The notes: generated by a model from the sequence alone, not told the origin. Shown: positions 19,571 through 29,155, counted from the first letter of the stretch. The stretch is 64,000 bases of DNA from an uncultured Verrucomicrobiae bacterium (GCA_963813025.1 CAWEXO010000011.1:96001-160000); one strand, 5' to 3'. Made by a program: numbers and translations.

Positions 19571-19939
19571 ATGGTTACTATTTGTTTGATTGAGGGAATG
19601 GTCGGCCGTCACCAGATCCTGCGTCCGGAGTTGCAGGCTTATCTCTGTCATTCCGGTAGTCAGCCCGGCCAGACTTGTAGTTTTGTGCTCGCCGCGCCAC
19701 CGCGGAGCCGAACCATCCCTTACAGTCATCTCCTGGTTATCGATTCCCTGGGCGATCGCTTGATCACCGTGCGGTATTCGTTTGCCGACGTCGAAGTTTC
19801 TCTCGGGCGCGACTTTTCCGGTAAACGCCAGTTTCTGGATGATCTGGCCAGTTTCCGGGTGGCTCTTGTGCGGGAAGGACCACAGCTGCGTCTCCGCATC
19901 GTGGCGGAGCCATTCGTCGATAAATCGGTCGAATTCTAA
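19571..19939 (+). CDS. Hypothetical protein (first gene of the mobile-derived islet)
   Basis: 122-aa ORF, beta-rich IPYSHLLVID...LITVRYSFADVEV...LDDLASFRVALVRE. Confidence 0.55.
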   Translation: MVTICLIEGMVGRHQILRPELQAYLCHSGSQPGQTCSFVLAAPPRSRTIPYSHLLVIDSLGDRLITVRYSFADVEVSLGRDFSGKRQFLDDLASFRVALVREGPQLRLRIVAEPFVDKSVEF

Positions 19940-19977
19940 ACCGCGTTTTTGGGCAAAGAAGATGCGAAGCCGTCAAT

Positions 19978-20529
19978 TTACGGCGAAGCGCTCGACCTCT
20001 GGCGAATTCCCCAGCGATTCATAATGGCGTTATTCAATGCGCGCCGGATGACGGGATTTTTTGCACAGACAAAGAATTGCTTCCACGGCGAGAGCGCCTC
20101 CAAAGCATCGAATTTCCGTGCTAAATCCAACAGCTGATCCATAACGTCTTCCGCGGTCGGGCTCAATATCCCGCGCAGTTCGGGAAGAGATTCGCGGGTC
20201 GATTCCGCGATTTGCAGGCAAAAGGCAATCAGCTTCGCGGTGCTGATCACACTCAAGTATCCAGGCCGGCCCATTTGTGCGGCACTAAAAAGACGCGCGA
20301 AATTATCCATTGAGATAACGCTGACCTCCCACTTGTCGCCGGCATCCGCGAACGCAAACGGGAATCGTGCATTGGCCAGATAATCACTGAGGCTCACTTC
20401 GACTTGCGGATCCGGCGGCTCCGCGAAATTATAGGTATGCTCGGGCAAGATCGACCGGATATCCAGCAGTTCGTCCGCGGTCAGATCACGCAAGCCTGGG
20501 ACGTTTGTCCGACGGTCTTGATCATTCAT
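19978..20529 (-). CDS. Hypothetical protein, paralog of 21346-21786
   Basis: 183 aa from MNDQDRR; directly downstream of the Rep_3 gene; shares C-terminal NAI/VxNRWG motif. Confidence 0.7.
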   Translation of the reverse strand: MNDQDRRTNVPGLRDLTADELLDIRSILPEHTYNFAEPPDPQVEVSLSDYLANARFPFAFADAGDKWEVSVISMDNFARLFSAAQMGRPGYLSVISTAKLIAFCLQIAESTRESLPELRGILSPTAEDVMDQLLDLARKFDALEALSPWKQFFVCAKNPVIRRALNNAIMNRWGIRQRSSASP

Positions 20530-20545
20530 CCCAGTACCGCGGGAC

Positions 20546-21280
20546 TCAGGCGCTCGGCTTTGATCCGTTTGCGCGAGCTTTTTTCTTCTTTTCCTTGATC
20601 TCGAAAGCCAGCGACAAGACCCGTCGATACTTGGCTTGGCCAACCGCAACCAACCGGATGCCCAGATCAGTTTTCTTGTTGATCTCCTGGAGAGCCCGAT
20701 CAATCGCCCGCTGCTTGAGATTCGGCCAATGAACCAGGCATCTTTCGCTGACTACGTTGCCCTCGGCGTCCCTGACTTCGTCAACACCCAGGATCTTCCG
20801 AATCTGAGGAATCGAAATCCGTTTCAGCCCGACGTGCCGCCAGCGCCACGCCCATTCGTAGAGGCGAATGGAATATTGGCTGGCCAATTTCACGCTGGCT
20901 CTTTCCGAATCGACCTTCTGGTGCGCTTTCAGACGCTCGAAATGCGGCAAGAGACCCGGATCGACATGCAGGAACATCTTCTTATCGACCATCACGATCG
21001 AACTCAACCAGCGGGCAAACAACACCGAGTTTTGCGGGTCGTTGTTATGCAAAACGAGCCGGTGATAGGTCAGGAGCTTCAGGGCCGCCGGTTCGAGCTT
21101 GAGATCGGTCCATTCGAAACTGATCAATCCCGGTTTCAAACGATCAACGATACTCATGACAATCGCCCGCTCGTCTGGACTGAGTTTATAATAAGCCTCG
21201 ATCAGGTCGTCGCCGAAACCGAGTTGCTCGGCCGATTCGGTTGAGGGCAACGTACCGAAAACTTTGTTGTATTTACGCAC
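20546..21280 (-). CDS. Rep_3/RepB-family plasmid-type replication initiator
   Basis: LIEAYYKLSPDERAIVM (WH1 start), KLASQYSIRLYE, ISIPQIRKILGV, WPNLKQRAIDRALQEINKKTDL, RRVLSLAFEI. Confidence 0.8.
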   Translation of the reverse strand: MRKYNKVFGTLPSTESAEQLGFGDDLIEAYYKLSPDERAIVMSIVDRLKPGLISFEWTDLKLEPAALKLLTYHRLVLHNNDPQNSVLFARWLSSIVMVDKKMFLHVDPGLLPHFERLKAHQKVDSERASVKLASQYSIRLYEWAWRWRHVGLKRISIPQIRKILGVDEVRDAEGNVVSERCLVHWPNLKQRAIDRALQEINKKTDLGIRLVAVGQAKYRRVLSLAFEIKEKKKKARANGSKPSA

Positions 21281-21345
21281 TTTACTTTCTCTGGATTAGA
21301 GTGTTACAACATTCTATACATTTTTTATTTTTAGAGAAGACAAAA

Positions 21346-21786
21346 ATGGTTAGCACCAAAGAAAGCCGCGCGACGACGACAACCGAAGCTACCCAGTGGT
21401 CATTTTCCGCTGATGGAAAACCACTCGGTCTGGATGAGTTCCTTGATAGCTACCGCGAGCAAGGGACTTTTTTCGAAGGCAAGGAGCAATGGCTGAAAGG
21501 AGTGAATAAGGTTACCTGGGAAAATTTCTTTTTGGTTTGCACTGAAGAATTGGACGACCTTTCTCAGCGAGCCGCTCGGATGCTTATCCTTTATTGCCTG
21601 GAAATCGTCGAACAGGTGGTCTCGCGAATGAAAGGGCCGGTTTCGGCGGCGCGGATTGCCGAGGCAATGAAGCGGGAATTTGATGAGCAATACGACAACC
21701 CGGTGTACCAATTCCAGTGGGCAATGCGCCACGACGCCGTGCGCGAAGCGGTCACCAATGCGGTCGTCAACCGCTGGGGACGTTGA
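21346..21786 (+). CDS. Hypothetical protein, paralog of 19978-20529
   Basis: 146 aa from MVSTKE; divergent from Rep_3 across a 65-bp AT-rich spacer. Confidence 0.7.
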   Translation: MVSTKESRATTTTEATQWSFSADGKPLGLDEFLDSYREQGTFFEGKEQWLKGVNKVTWENFFLVCTEELDDLSQRAARMLILYCLEIVEQVVSRMKGPVSAARIAEAMKREFDEQYDNPVYQFQWAMRHDAVREAVTNAVVNRWGR

Positions 21787-21955
21787 GGAACCCATCAGTC
21801 GCATCGGGTAGTACACCTTCAGCGAACCTACGGGGCAGCGCGCATAACTCTTTCTAGATTGTGTAGAGCTTATTGGGTTTGCGTTGCCAACCCAAAATCC
21901 TCATAGCTTCTTCGCCTGTCTATTGTGACTTTGCAGTCGCGAATAACAATGTTCC

Positions 21956-21992
21956 TTGACAAATATTATTACATTTATTTATATAGTTCCTA
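21956..21992 (+). promoter_or_regulatory. Sigma70-like promoter immediately before the virD4-like ATG (possibly leaderless)
   Basis: TTGACA at 21956, AT-rich spacer, TATATA/TATAGT at 21980-21987, ATG at 21993, no SD. Confidence 0.5.
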
Positions 21993-23819
21993 ATGATCGC
22001 CGAAACTGCTGCGCTTGGTTCACCGTCCCGGGTCCAGTCCCTGCCACAGTTCGATCGACTGAGCTGCCGAAATGCGCAGGGCGCTTTGATTCGTTTGTCT
22101 TTCGAACCGGCGTCAGCTCCGATCGTTCTCGAGCAGCATGGCGATTTCCGAATCTGCGCTGCGCTTTTGGAGACGAGCGGGCAATCGGCCGGCAGCGCCG
22201 GTTGTCTGTTCAGCGTGCGGATTTATCAGGGCAAAACCTGCATTCACGCTCGCACCTGGAGCACCGCCGAAATCTCGCTGGAAGAAGCGCGCCAAACTGC
22301 GCGAAGCTGGCTGCGGCAGCGCCGGCTGGGAGACCGAGTGGCGTTCGTCCTTTCGCCGGCATTGCTTTTACTTTGGTTTTGCTGCCTGGCTGCCGCCTGG
22401 TTTCTCTTTCCGCTCATCGCGTGGTCGGCTTTGTTGCCCCTGGCGGTTTCTTCTCCTCTCGCCTGGACTTTTGCGCCGCCGCGACGGCTACCGCAGACCT
22501 CAGCCCGCCTCGCCGGGCTCGCCTGGGATCGCAATGACTTTTGCCGCGGCTGGCTCATCACCGGCGATACTGGGTCCGGCAAGACCTTTGCCGTTAATGC
22601 GTTGTTACATTCTGTTTTTCAGCACGAACCCGATTGGGGCGGTCTCTGCTGCGATGAAAAAGGGGTTTATCACGAAATCCTGGCCGCCATGGTGCGCCAC
22701 TACGGCCGTCAAAATGATCTGCTCCTTTTGCAGACCCGGCCAGACCAGGCGCGGGATAATTGGGCACCCCCCGCTCGATACAATCTGCTGTCGGATGACA
22801 CGATTCCCCCCTCCACCTACGCTACTGTGATCGTCGATACCGCGTCTGCTTTAAACACCGGGAAAGAGGATCAAGGCTTTTTTAAGACCCAAGCCCACTC
22901 TTATATCGGCCGCGGTATCCAGCTCTTCCGCCTTCTCGGCCTGCGCCCGACTATGCATCATCTGCTGGAAATGCTGCAGTACCAGCCGGTCCTGAAAGCG
23001 ATGTTACAGGAACTGGAACCAAAAAAGAACGCGGGCGATCCCGACGCTAGCGATTGTCATGACCATTTCCTCAATGGTTTTCTGCGCCAGCCAGCCGAGC
23101 AACTGGGCGGGGTTATCTCGACGATTTATAACTACTTGAATTACTTCACCAATCCGGATATTGCCGAGGTATTCGGCACCGAGGAAAACACGTTTGATTT
23201 TAAAGCTCTGGATCGAGGAGCGATCATCTGCTTATCGATGCCGCAGAAGTATCAGACTGAGCGCCGCTACGTCACCACCATCCTGAAGCTTCTTTTTTAC
23301 ACACACGCCCTGCGTCGATTCGATCCACGCGACAACCGGCAGCGGAGCCGCGAACAGGACAACCTTCTGATCTGTTGGCAGGACGAGGCCCAACGATTCG
23401 TTACTGACTCGGACGGCAATGTCGATGTGCTTCGGCAGAGCAATGCGACCACCGTTATGGCCACACAATCAAAGATCTCCTTTTTTCCAGTGCTGGGTGG
23501 CCGGGAGAAAGCCGAAGTAACGATCCTTAACCTACGTAACCGGATAATCTTCAAGGCAGCTGACCGCGTTTGTGCAGAAAGCTCGGCTGATTTCATTGGC
23601 CGGCACCTGTTCTGGAAAAAATCGTACACGCGCGCGAAAGGCGGGATCAGCACGACCCGTTCTCGCGAAGAAGAATATCTGGTTAAACCATACCAGATAA
23701 TGAGCCTTCCCAAGTTCACGGCGATTATCAAGCATTGTGAACGCCCTTTTGTGCGGCGCCGGATCCATCCATTGGATCCGCAGGGCCGCACGCCTCGCTG
23801 GTACTCGCGCTGGGGATAG
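21993..23819 (+). CDS. Type IV coupling protein (VirD4/TraD/TraG-like ATPase)
   Basis: TM pair, Walker A ITGDTGSGKT, CDEKG, Walker B-like CWQDEAQRF, MATQS, AESSADFIG. Confidence 0.8.
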   Translation: MIAETAALGSPSRVQSLPQFDRLSCRNAQGALIRLSFEPASAPIVLEQHGDFRICAALLETSGQSAGSAGCLFSVRIYQGKTCIHARTWSTAEISLEEARQTARSWLRQRRLGDRVAFVLSPALLLLWFCCLAAAWFLFPLIAWSALLPLAVSSPLAWTFAPPRRLPQTSARLAGLAWDRNDFCRGWLITGDTGSGKTFAVNALLHSVFQHEPDWGGLCCDEKGVYHEILAAMVRHYGRQNDLLLLQTRPDQARDNWAPPARYNLLSDDTIPPSTYATVIVDTASALNTGKEDQGFFKTQAHSYIGRGIQLFRLLGLRPTMHHLLEMLQYQPVLKAMLQELEPKKNAGDPDASDCHDHFLNGFLRQPAEQLGGVISTIYNYLNYFTNPDIAEVFGTEENTFDFKALDRGAIICLSMPQKYQTERRYVTTILKLLFYTHALRRFDPRDNRQRSREQDNLLICWQDEAQRFVTDSDGNVDVLRQSNATTVMATQSKISFFPVLGGREKAEVTILNLRNRIIFKAADRVCAESSADFIGRHLFWKKSYTRAKGGISTTRSREEEYLVKPYQIMSLPKFTAIIKHCERPFVRRRIHPLDPQGRTPRWYSRWG

Positions 23820-23827
23820 TGGCCACA

Positions 23828-23877
23828 TTTCACGTTTCAAGTTTCGCGTTTCAAGTTTCGCGTTTCAAGTTTCGCGT
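23828..23877. repeat. Heptamer/14-mer tandem repeat just after the virD4-like stop
   Basis: TTTCACG followed by (TTTCAAG TTTCGCG)x3. Confidence 0.92.
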
Positions 23878-24027
23878 CGCTCGTTCTTGCACCATCGGTG
23901 CTATCAGGAGGCTCGAATTCACTGCTCCGGTCAGTTCTCTCCGCCGTCTCGGCTGAGGTCTTTTCCCTTTGCAAACCTGGAGGGCACGCGAAGTTTTTCC
24001 GGCCTAGTCGTTACCATGGAGGAACAT

Positions 24028-24650
24028 ATGTTACAAAGAAGTGCCTTAGCTGTAATGGTAGCCTTTCAGTCGGCTGCCGCATTTGCCGGAGAGCCGGTTA
24101 CGTCATCGAAAGAAGTCGTGCCCCCACCGCCTCCGCCGGCCCCAACCTCCTACTTTCGTGCCAACGAGTGGAGCTTGGGCGCATTCGCAACTTATAATGC
24201 TACGTGGGATAAGAATCGCCGCGTAACGGGTTCACACGCCTGGGGCGGCGGTGTCAGTGTCAGCTATTTTCCGTGGCTCTATGCGGGCTTTCGCCTCAGG
24301 GAAGCGTGGTGAATGCGAAACCGGAAGATAACACGGTCGGAGATGTAACCGGGGATTTCGTTTTACGCTATCCTCTCGATTTGATAAATCCAAAATTGCA
24401 CCTTGCGCCCTATGCGTATGCTGGCGTGGGCGGCGTCTTCGTTTCCGAGGACAGCTTCGGGACCTTCGTCAGCGATAGATTTCGCCGCAACAATAATACG
24501 GACGATCGGGTCTTAGGAGATTTCGGCGCCGGTCTCGAGTACCGTTTCACACCTCATATCGGGCTTTTTGGCGAGTGCGAGTATGATGTTGTCGACGGTC
24601 CCAAAAACAACTACTTACAAACGAACTTTGGGTTGAAGTACGCGTTTTAA
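24028..24650 (+). CDS. Small outer-membrane beta-barrel protein (frameshift near 24300)
   Basis: GGAGG SD, signal peptide ...AAAFA, Pro run, amphipathic strands APYAYAGVGG, GAGLEYRF, terminal GLKYAF. Confidence 0.8.
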
Positions 24651-24673
24651 GGACCGATTACGAAAAGATCATT

Positions 24674-24709
24674 AAGCCGACCGGAACGTTCCGGTCGGCT
24701 TTTTTGTTT
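24674..24709 (+). terminator. Rho-independent terminator
   Basis: Palindrome AAGCCGACCGGAAC/GTTCCGGTCGGCTT followed by a T run. Confidence 0.85.
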
Positions 24710-24779
24710 CCGGATTGCGATCTCTGATTTGCTATTGGTCAATTGGTGGGACTGTTTGTAAGCTGCTCATGTTCTCAAC

Positions 24780-25919
24780 ATGACGGCAAATGTCCCACCT
24801 CATCCTCGCCTGGACAATCGCCGGCTGGTTTCCGTCGCTCTGACCCTCGGGATTCTCCTCGCCGCTTTTTTCATTCTCGGTAAAGGCAAAAGTTTCTTCA
24901 TCCCATTGGCAATCGCTTTCATTGCCGTTTACCTCGTCGAAATACTGGCTCGGGCGATCCGCCAGGTGCGGATCGGTCACGCGCACCTGACAACCTTTCT
25001 TTCCCTCGTCCTGGCGTTCGGGGTCATCTTTGGCCTCGGCTACTGCTTCGTTCTGATCTTGGCAAATAATGCCGCACACGTTGCGGGAGCGGCGCCACGT
25101 TACCAGGCGCGCTTCCAGCATTTACAAGCAGCGCTATTTGCCACAGCAGGTCTCGAGGAGCCAGCGGAAATACGGCAGCTCATTCGAACACTCGATCTCC
25201 GAACCGTCTTTACGACCGTCGCCGCCGGCATCGCTGGTCTTCTGGAAAACATCAGTCTGGTGGCGGTTTACGGATTTTTTATCCTTCTCGAACTTCGCTT
25301 TGCCGGGACGAAACTAAACGCTCTTCTTCCCGATCCCGAGAGACGCACGAAAGCGCTCGCCCTGATGCAACGGATCGACCGCGATATTCATACCTATCTC
25401 GGGGTGAAAACGGTCGTCAGTTTTACAAGCGCGATCCTGGCTTATGCCCTAATGCGTTTTGTCGGCCTCGACTTTGCCGAATTCTGGGCTCTGCTGGTCT
25501 TTGTCCTGCATTTCATTCCAACTTTTGGAGTGATTGTGGCGGTTTTCCTGCCGACCGCTCTTGCTCTCGTGCAATTCGACTATTCTGGCCCAGTCCTCAT
25601 CATTGGCATCGGACTCACCGCCATCGCTCAGGTTATGGGAAATATCATTGAACCCAACATTATGGGAGAAAGTTTGAATCTTAGTCCACTGGCCGTTATC
25701 ATGGCTCTGATATTTTGGGGAACACTTTGGGGGATTACCGGTGCTTTCCTTTGTGTTCCTCTCACCGTAATTCTTGTCATTATCCTCTCGAATTTTCGGA
25801 CCACTCGCTGGATCGCGATTCTCCTCTCGAAGACCGGTTCGTTGCAATTCGCTCCAGCCGACGAGCAACGAGTAATTCGCCGGAGCGCTCCCCGGGTCAG
25901 CGCAGTCAATAAAGACTGA
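24780..25919 (+). CDS. AI-2E family transporter
   Basis: Multiple TMs; YLGVKT, FVLHFIPTFG, GNIIEPNIMGESLNLSP, FWGTLWGITGAFLCVP. Confidence 0.9.
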   Translation: MTANVPPHPRLDNRRLVSVALTLGILLAAFFILGKGKSFFIPLAIAFIAVYLVEILARAIRQVRIGHAHLTTFLSLVLAFGVIFGLGYCFVLILANNAAHVAGAAPRYQARFQHLQAALFATAGLEEPAEIRQLIRTLDLRTVFTTVAAGIAGLLENISLVAVYGFFILLELRFAGTKLNALLPDPERRTKALALMQRIDRDIHTYLGVKTVVSFTSAILAYALMRFVGLDFAEFWALLVFVLHFIPTFGVIVAVFLPTALALVQFDYSGPVLIIGIGLTAIAQVMGNIIEPNIMGESLNLSPLAVIMALIFWGTLWGITGAFLCVPLTVILVIILSNFRTTRWIAILLSKTGSLQFAPADEQRVIRRSAPRVSAVNKD

Positions 25920-26024
25920 CGCCGGCACGGGGCGCTGAGATCCAGCGCACACGCACGAAGAATCCTGCTCCGCCGGCGATTAATAAATTATCGTCACTTA
26001 AGCATTGTCGAGGCAAACTGTGAC

Positions 26025-26423
26025 ATGCCCCTGCCCATTCGATTTGATCACTGTGTTGTTCATGTTTCCAACTGGGCCCGCTCCAATGAGTTTTATCGCC
26101 AGATACTCGGAGCAGAACTCATTCAGAGTTCTCAGGGACGTTGGTCTTACCGTTTCTCCAACGCTCAGCTGAATTTACACGGTCCGGGCCTGAACTCCCA
26201 TCCGCTGGCCGGAATTCCAGTCGCCCCCGGAGGAAGCGATCTCTGTTTCGAGTGGACAGGGTCGATTGAGGACGCAATCGATCATCTCAGACGTCACGGC
26301 GTTTCGATCGAATTGGGCCCGACTGCTCGCTCCGGGAGAGGCGGACAAGGAACATCGATTTATTTCCGGGATCCGGATGGTTCATTGCTGGAGTTGATTT
26401 CTTATCAAAAACCGGCTGAATAG
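26025..26423 (+). CDS. VOC/glyoxalase family protein
   Basis: FDHCVVHV, LNLH, SDLCF, SIYFRDPDGSLLELI. Confidence 0.9.
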   Translation: MPLPIRFDHCVVHVSNWARSNEFYRQILGAELIQSSQGRWSYRFSNAQLNLHGPGLNSHPLAGIPVAPGGSDLCFEWTGSIEDAIDHLRRHGVSIELGPTARSGRGGQGTSIYFRDPDGSLLELISYQKPAE

Positions 26424-26447
26424 TCCGCACAGGTTTTTCAACGTCGT

Positions 26448-26981
26448 ATGAAAGCTCAAATCTTAGGGGTTCTTTTCTGTATGTCGATCAACCCGCTCTT
26501 TGCAGCCGATTTTCGCCTGCAAAGCCCAAGCTTGCGGGACGGCGGTTCTGTACCGGTTGAGCATCTTTTGACAAAGTGCGGCGGCCGCAACCTTTCTCCG
26601 GCTTTAGCTTGGTCCGGCGCCCCGGCGGGAACAAAATCCTTCGCGGTGACTTTCTTCGACCCCGATGCTCCTGGCGGCCGTGGCTTTTGGCATTGGGCTA
26701 TCTTTGATCTGGCCCCGAAGATGGTGCGCCTTCCCGCCGGAGCCGGTGCGAGTACCGCCGGAATCCCCGGAGCAAAGCAAGCACGCAACGATTACGGATC
26801 GATCGGCTATGGCGGACCATGCCCGCCCGCCGGAGCCACTCACCGGTACGTTCTTACCGTGACGGCGCTCGACGTGGAAGATCTGCCCATATCGCCGAAC
26901 GCGAGCGCCGGACAGGTGGCCGCGCTGGTGTCCAAGCATGCTCTGGGCAAGGCTACGATCACCGTCCGCTATGGCCGCTAA
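26448..26981 (+). CDS. YbhB/YbcL (PEBP/Raf kinase inhibitor-like) exported protein
   Basis: Signal peptide, SPALAW, DPDAP..GFWHW, YGGPCPP..HRY. Confidence 0.9.
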   Translation: MKAQILGVLFCMSINPLFAADFRLQSPSLRDGGSVPVEHLLTKCGGRNLSPALAWSGAPAGTKSFAVTFFDPDAPGGRGFWHWAIFDLAPKMVRLPAGAGASTAGIPGAKQARNDYGSIGYGGPCPPAGATHRYVLTVTALDVEDLPISPNASAGQVAALVSKHALGKATITVRYGR

Positions 26982-28323
26982 GACAGCTCCATCGCGGAAG
27001 CCGGCCGCTGCCCACTGGCAGAGTTTTCAAGGCACACTCGACGATTGCGAGTTGTTCGACGTATTGCAAATGGCCTGCCTGGCCCAACAAACCGGACGGC
27101 TATTCGTCAGGCACCAACGGCGCCGGGGAATGGTTGTTCTCGAAGGCGGCAGTATCATCGACGCTCAAGCCGGCTATCTCTCGGGCGGAGACGCTCTGGT
27201 CGAGATTTTCTGCTGGCGAAGCGGCCGATTTCGCTTCACCAGAACCCAAACCTCTGAGCCCGGGCGAATAACGATCACCAACTCCTGGGAGCATGCGTTG
27301 ATGGAAGCCATCCGGAAACGGGACGAAAAATTGCCTTGGGCCGAGCGACCGCGTTTTGCCGGGGGATTAGCTCGTCGCCTGAGCCCGGCGGCATTGCAGA
27401 AAATCCGCCGAGCCAACCAGCGTGCGGTTATTCGGCATCTTTTGTTCCGGCTCGGAGTCCTGGTGGTTTGCGCCGGTCTTCTTCTGGGCGGCATTCACTT
27501 GTACCGGCACCGGGCAGCGTTGCTGTCGTCGTGGTGGAACAGCTCTTTTCTTGCGCAGAAGAATAACAGATTATTCGGGTGGAAAAAACGGGAACCCCGC
27601 AGTGTCGCCATACCAGCCGGCAGCTTTATCGACCAACGCGGCCGCGAAGTGACGTTGCCTGCCTTTGAAATAGATGATGTCGAGGTCCCAATTTGGCAAT
27701 ACCAAGAATTCCTCGATGCAATCGGCCCGAGTCATGCCTTCGATCATCCCGACCAACCTTCTTCCAAGACACACAGCAATCCGGAGTGGGTCGCGTACTC
27801 ACAGGCCGCGTTCCAATTCAAAATGTTCCACGGCACGAAACTGACGCCGAACCATCCAGCCGCCTATCTCGACTGGTTTGACGCCTACGCTTTCGCTGCC
27901 TGGCGCGGTCGCCGACTTTCTTCGGAGGAAGAATGGGAGAAAGCGGCCCAAGGTGTCCCGGACCTTCGATCGCGCGAACTTGCCCAAGATCCGGCGCTAG
28001 CATCGTCCGGCCGGCCGACGCAGCTCGGCGGTCCCGAGCCGGTCGGATCGAATCCAAACGATCGAAGCTCCATGGGAGTCTATGACCTGGCCGGAAACCT
28101 CTCTGAATGGTCTGGCACTCTGGACGCGGACGGTTCACCGATCGTTCGCGGAGGTAATTTCGAAAATGGTGGGGGCGACATTACTGAACGCGTCCTCCAT
28201 CTTTCGCCATTTCATCGGGATGGCCGAATCGGTTTTCGAACGGTAAAACCAGCTTCCGGCTTGGCCGGTCAGGCGCCGTCGGCCAAACCAATCTCCCCGG
28301 CCGAGGGAGCAAATCGCAAGTAG
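26971..28323 (+). CDS. DUF4388 (PATAN-like)-TM-FGE/sulfatase-modifying-fold protein
   Basis: FQGTLDDCELFDVLQMAC..QTGRL..G..ALVEIFCWRSGRFRF..WEHALMEA; one TM; FEIDDVEV, RLSSEEEWEKAA, GVYDLAGNLSEW, RGGNF, IGFR. Confidence 0.8.
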   Translation: MAAKTAPSRKPAAAHWQSFQGTLDDCELFDVLQMACLAQQTGRLFVRHQRRRGMVVLEGGSIIDAQAGYLSGGDALVEIFCWRSGRFRFTRTQTSEPGRITITNSWEHALMEAIRKRDEKLPWAERPRFAGGLARRLSPAALQKIRRANQRAVIRHLLFRLGVLVVCAGLLLGGIHLYRHRAALLSSWWNSSFLAQKNNRLFGWKKREPRSVAIPAGSFIDQRGREVTLPAFEIDDVEVPIWQYQEFLDAIGPSHAFDHPDQPSSKTHSNPEWVAYSQAAFQFKMFHGTKLTPNHPAAYLDWFDAYAFAAWRGRRLSSEEEWEKAAQGVPDLRSRELAQDPALASSGRPTQLGGPEPVGSNPNDRSSMGVYDLAGNLSEWSGTLDADGSPIVRGGNFENGGGDITERVLHLSPFHRDGRIGFRTVKPASGLAGQAPSAKPISPAEGANRK

Positions 28324-28406
28324 TGCAAAGCCGCCTTGAATACGTTCAATCATTTTGTTAGGAAATGAGCAAAACGCAATTCCTCGGCTGAGTATAACTG
28401 CCACAC

Positions 28407-29032
28407 ATGTCGTTCATCAATTTTGTTACCGGTGAGGTAGAGTTCAAAATCGTCTATTACGGCTGCGCCCTTGGCGGAAAGACAAGCAGCCTGGGTTACA
28501 TCCATGAACGGGTCGACGCGAATGACCGCGGCGACCTGCTGCTGTTGCCAACTCAGAACGATCGAACCTTGTTCTTTGATTTCTTACCGATTGATGGAGG
28601 TAGCGTTAAAGGCTTCAAGGTTCGCTTCAAGCTTTGGACCGTACCGGGTCAGGTGATGTACAATGCGACCCGTCAGTTGGTGCTGCGCGGTGCGGACGGG
28701 ATCGTTTTCGTCGCCGATCACAGTGGGAACGCATGGAAGCCAATATCGAAAGTTTGCGGAACCTGGAAGAGAATCTGGCTGAACTCAATTCCTCCGTCAG
28801 CCAGATCGCGTGGATCCTCTTTTACAACAAGAGAGATCTGCCGATGGAGACGATCGCCCCGGTCGAAGCTTTGGATCTGTTGCTCTTGACTGGGCGTCAA
28901 CGGGTTCCGCGATTTGCCGGCAGTTGCCTTGATGGTACCAACGTATTCAACGCGCTGAATGACGTGAGTCAGCGCGTCCTGCGCGAGTTTTTAGTCAAAG
29001 ACGATCTCGAAAATTACGAGGCTTACCGCTAA
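28407..29032 (+). CDS. mglA: MglA-family small GTPase (1-nt frameshift near 28720)
   Basis: KIVYYG..GGKTS, RTLFFDF, TVPGQ..YNATR..VLRGADGIVFVAD[S]Q..NIESL, YNKRDL. Confidence 0.85.
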
Positions 29033-29155
29033 CGAGGCGTACCTCAGACCGGCGAGATTTACTGGACGAAAGGGGAAGTACGATTCGTGAAAGAAAAAAA
29101 GTTGCTTAAAAAAGGTGATTCATTCACATCCTGCCAGTCGTTAAGGACTCTGGAC

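Noticed and set aside
19551..21953. Shared (A)TAACA motif upstream of islet genes and virB2
   Set aside because: Only 5-6 nt in AT-rich spacers; not distinguishable from chance by eye.
23828..23877. Possible CRISPR array
   Set aside because: Contiguous 7/14-nt units with no unique spacers and no cas genes in the window.
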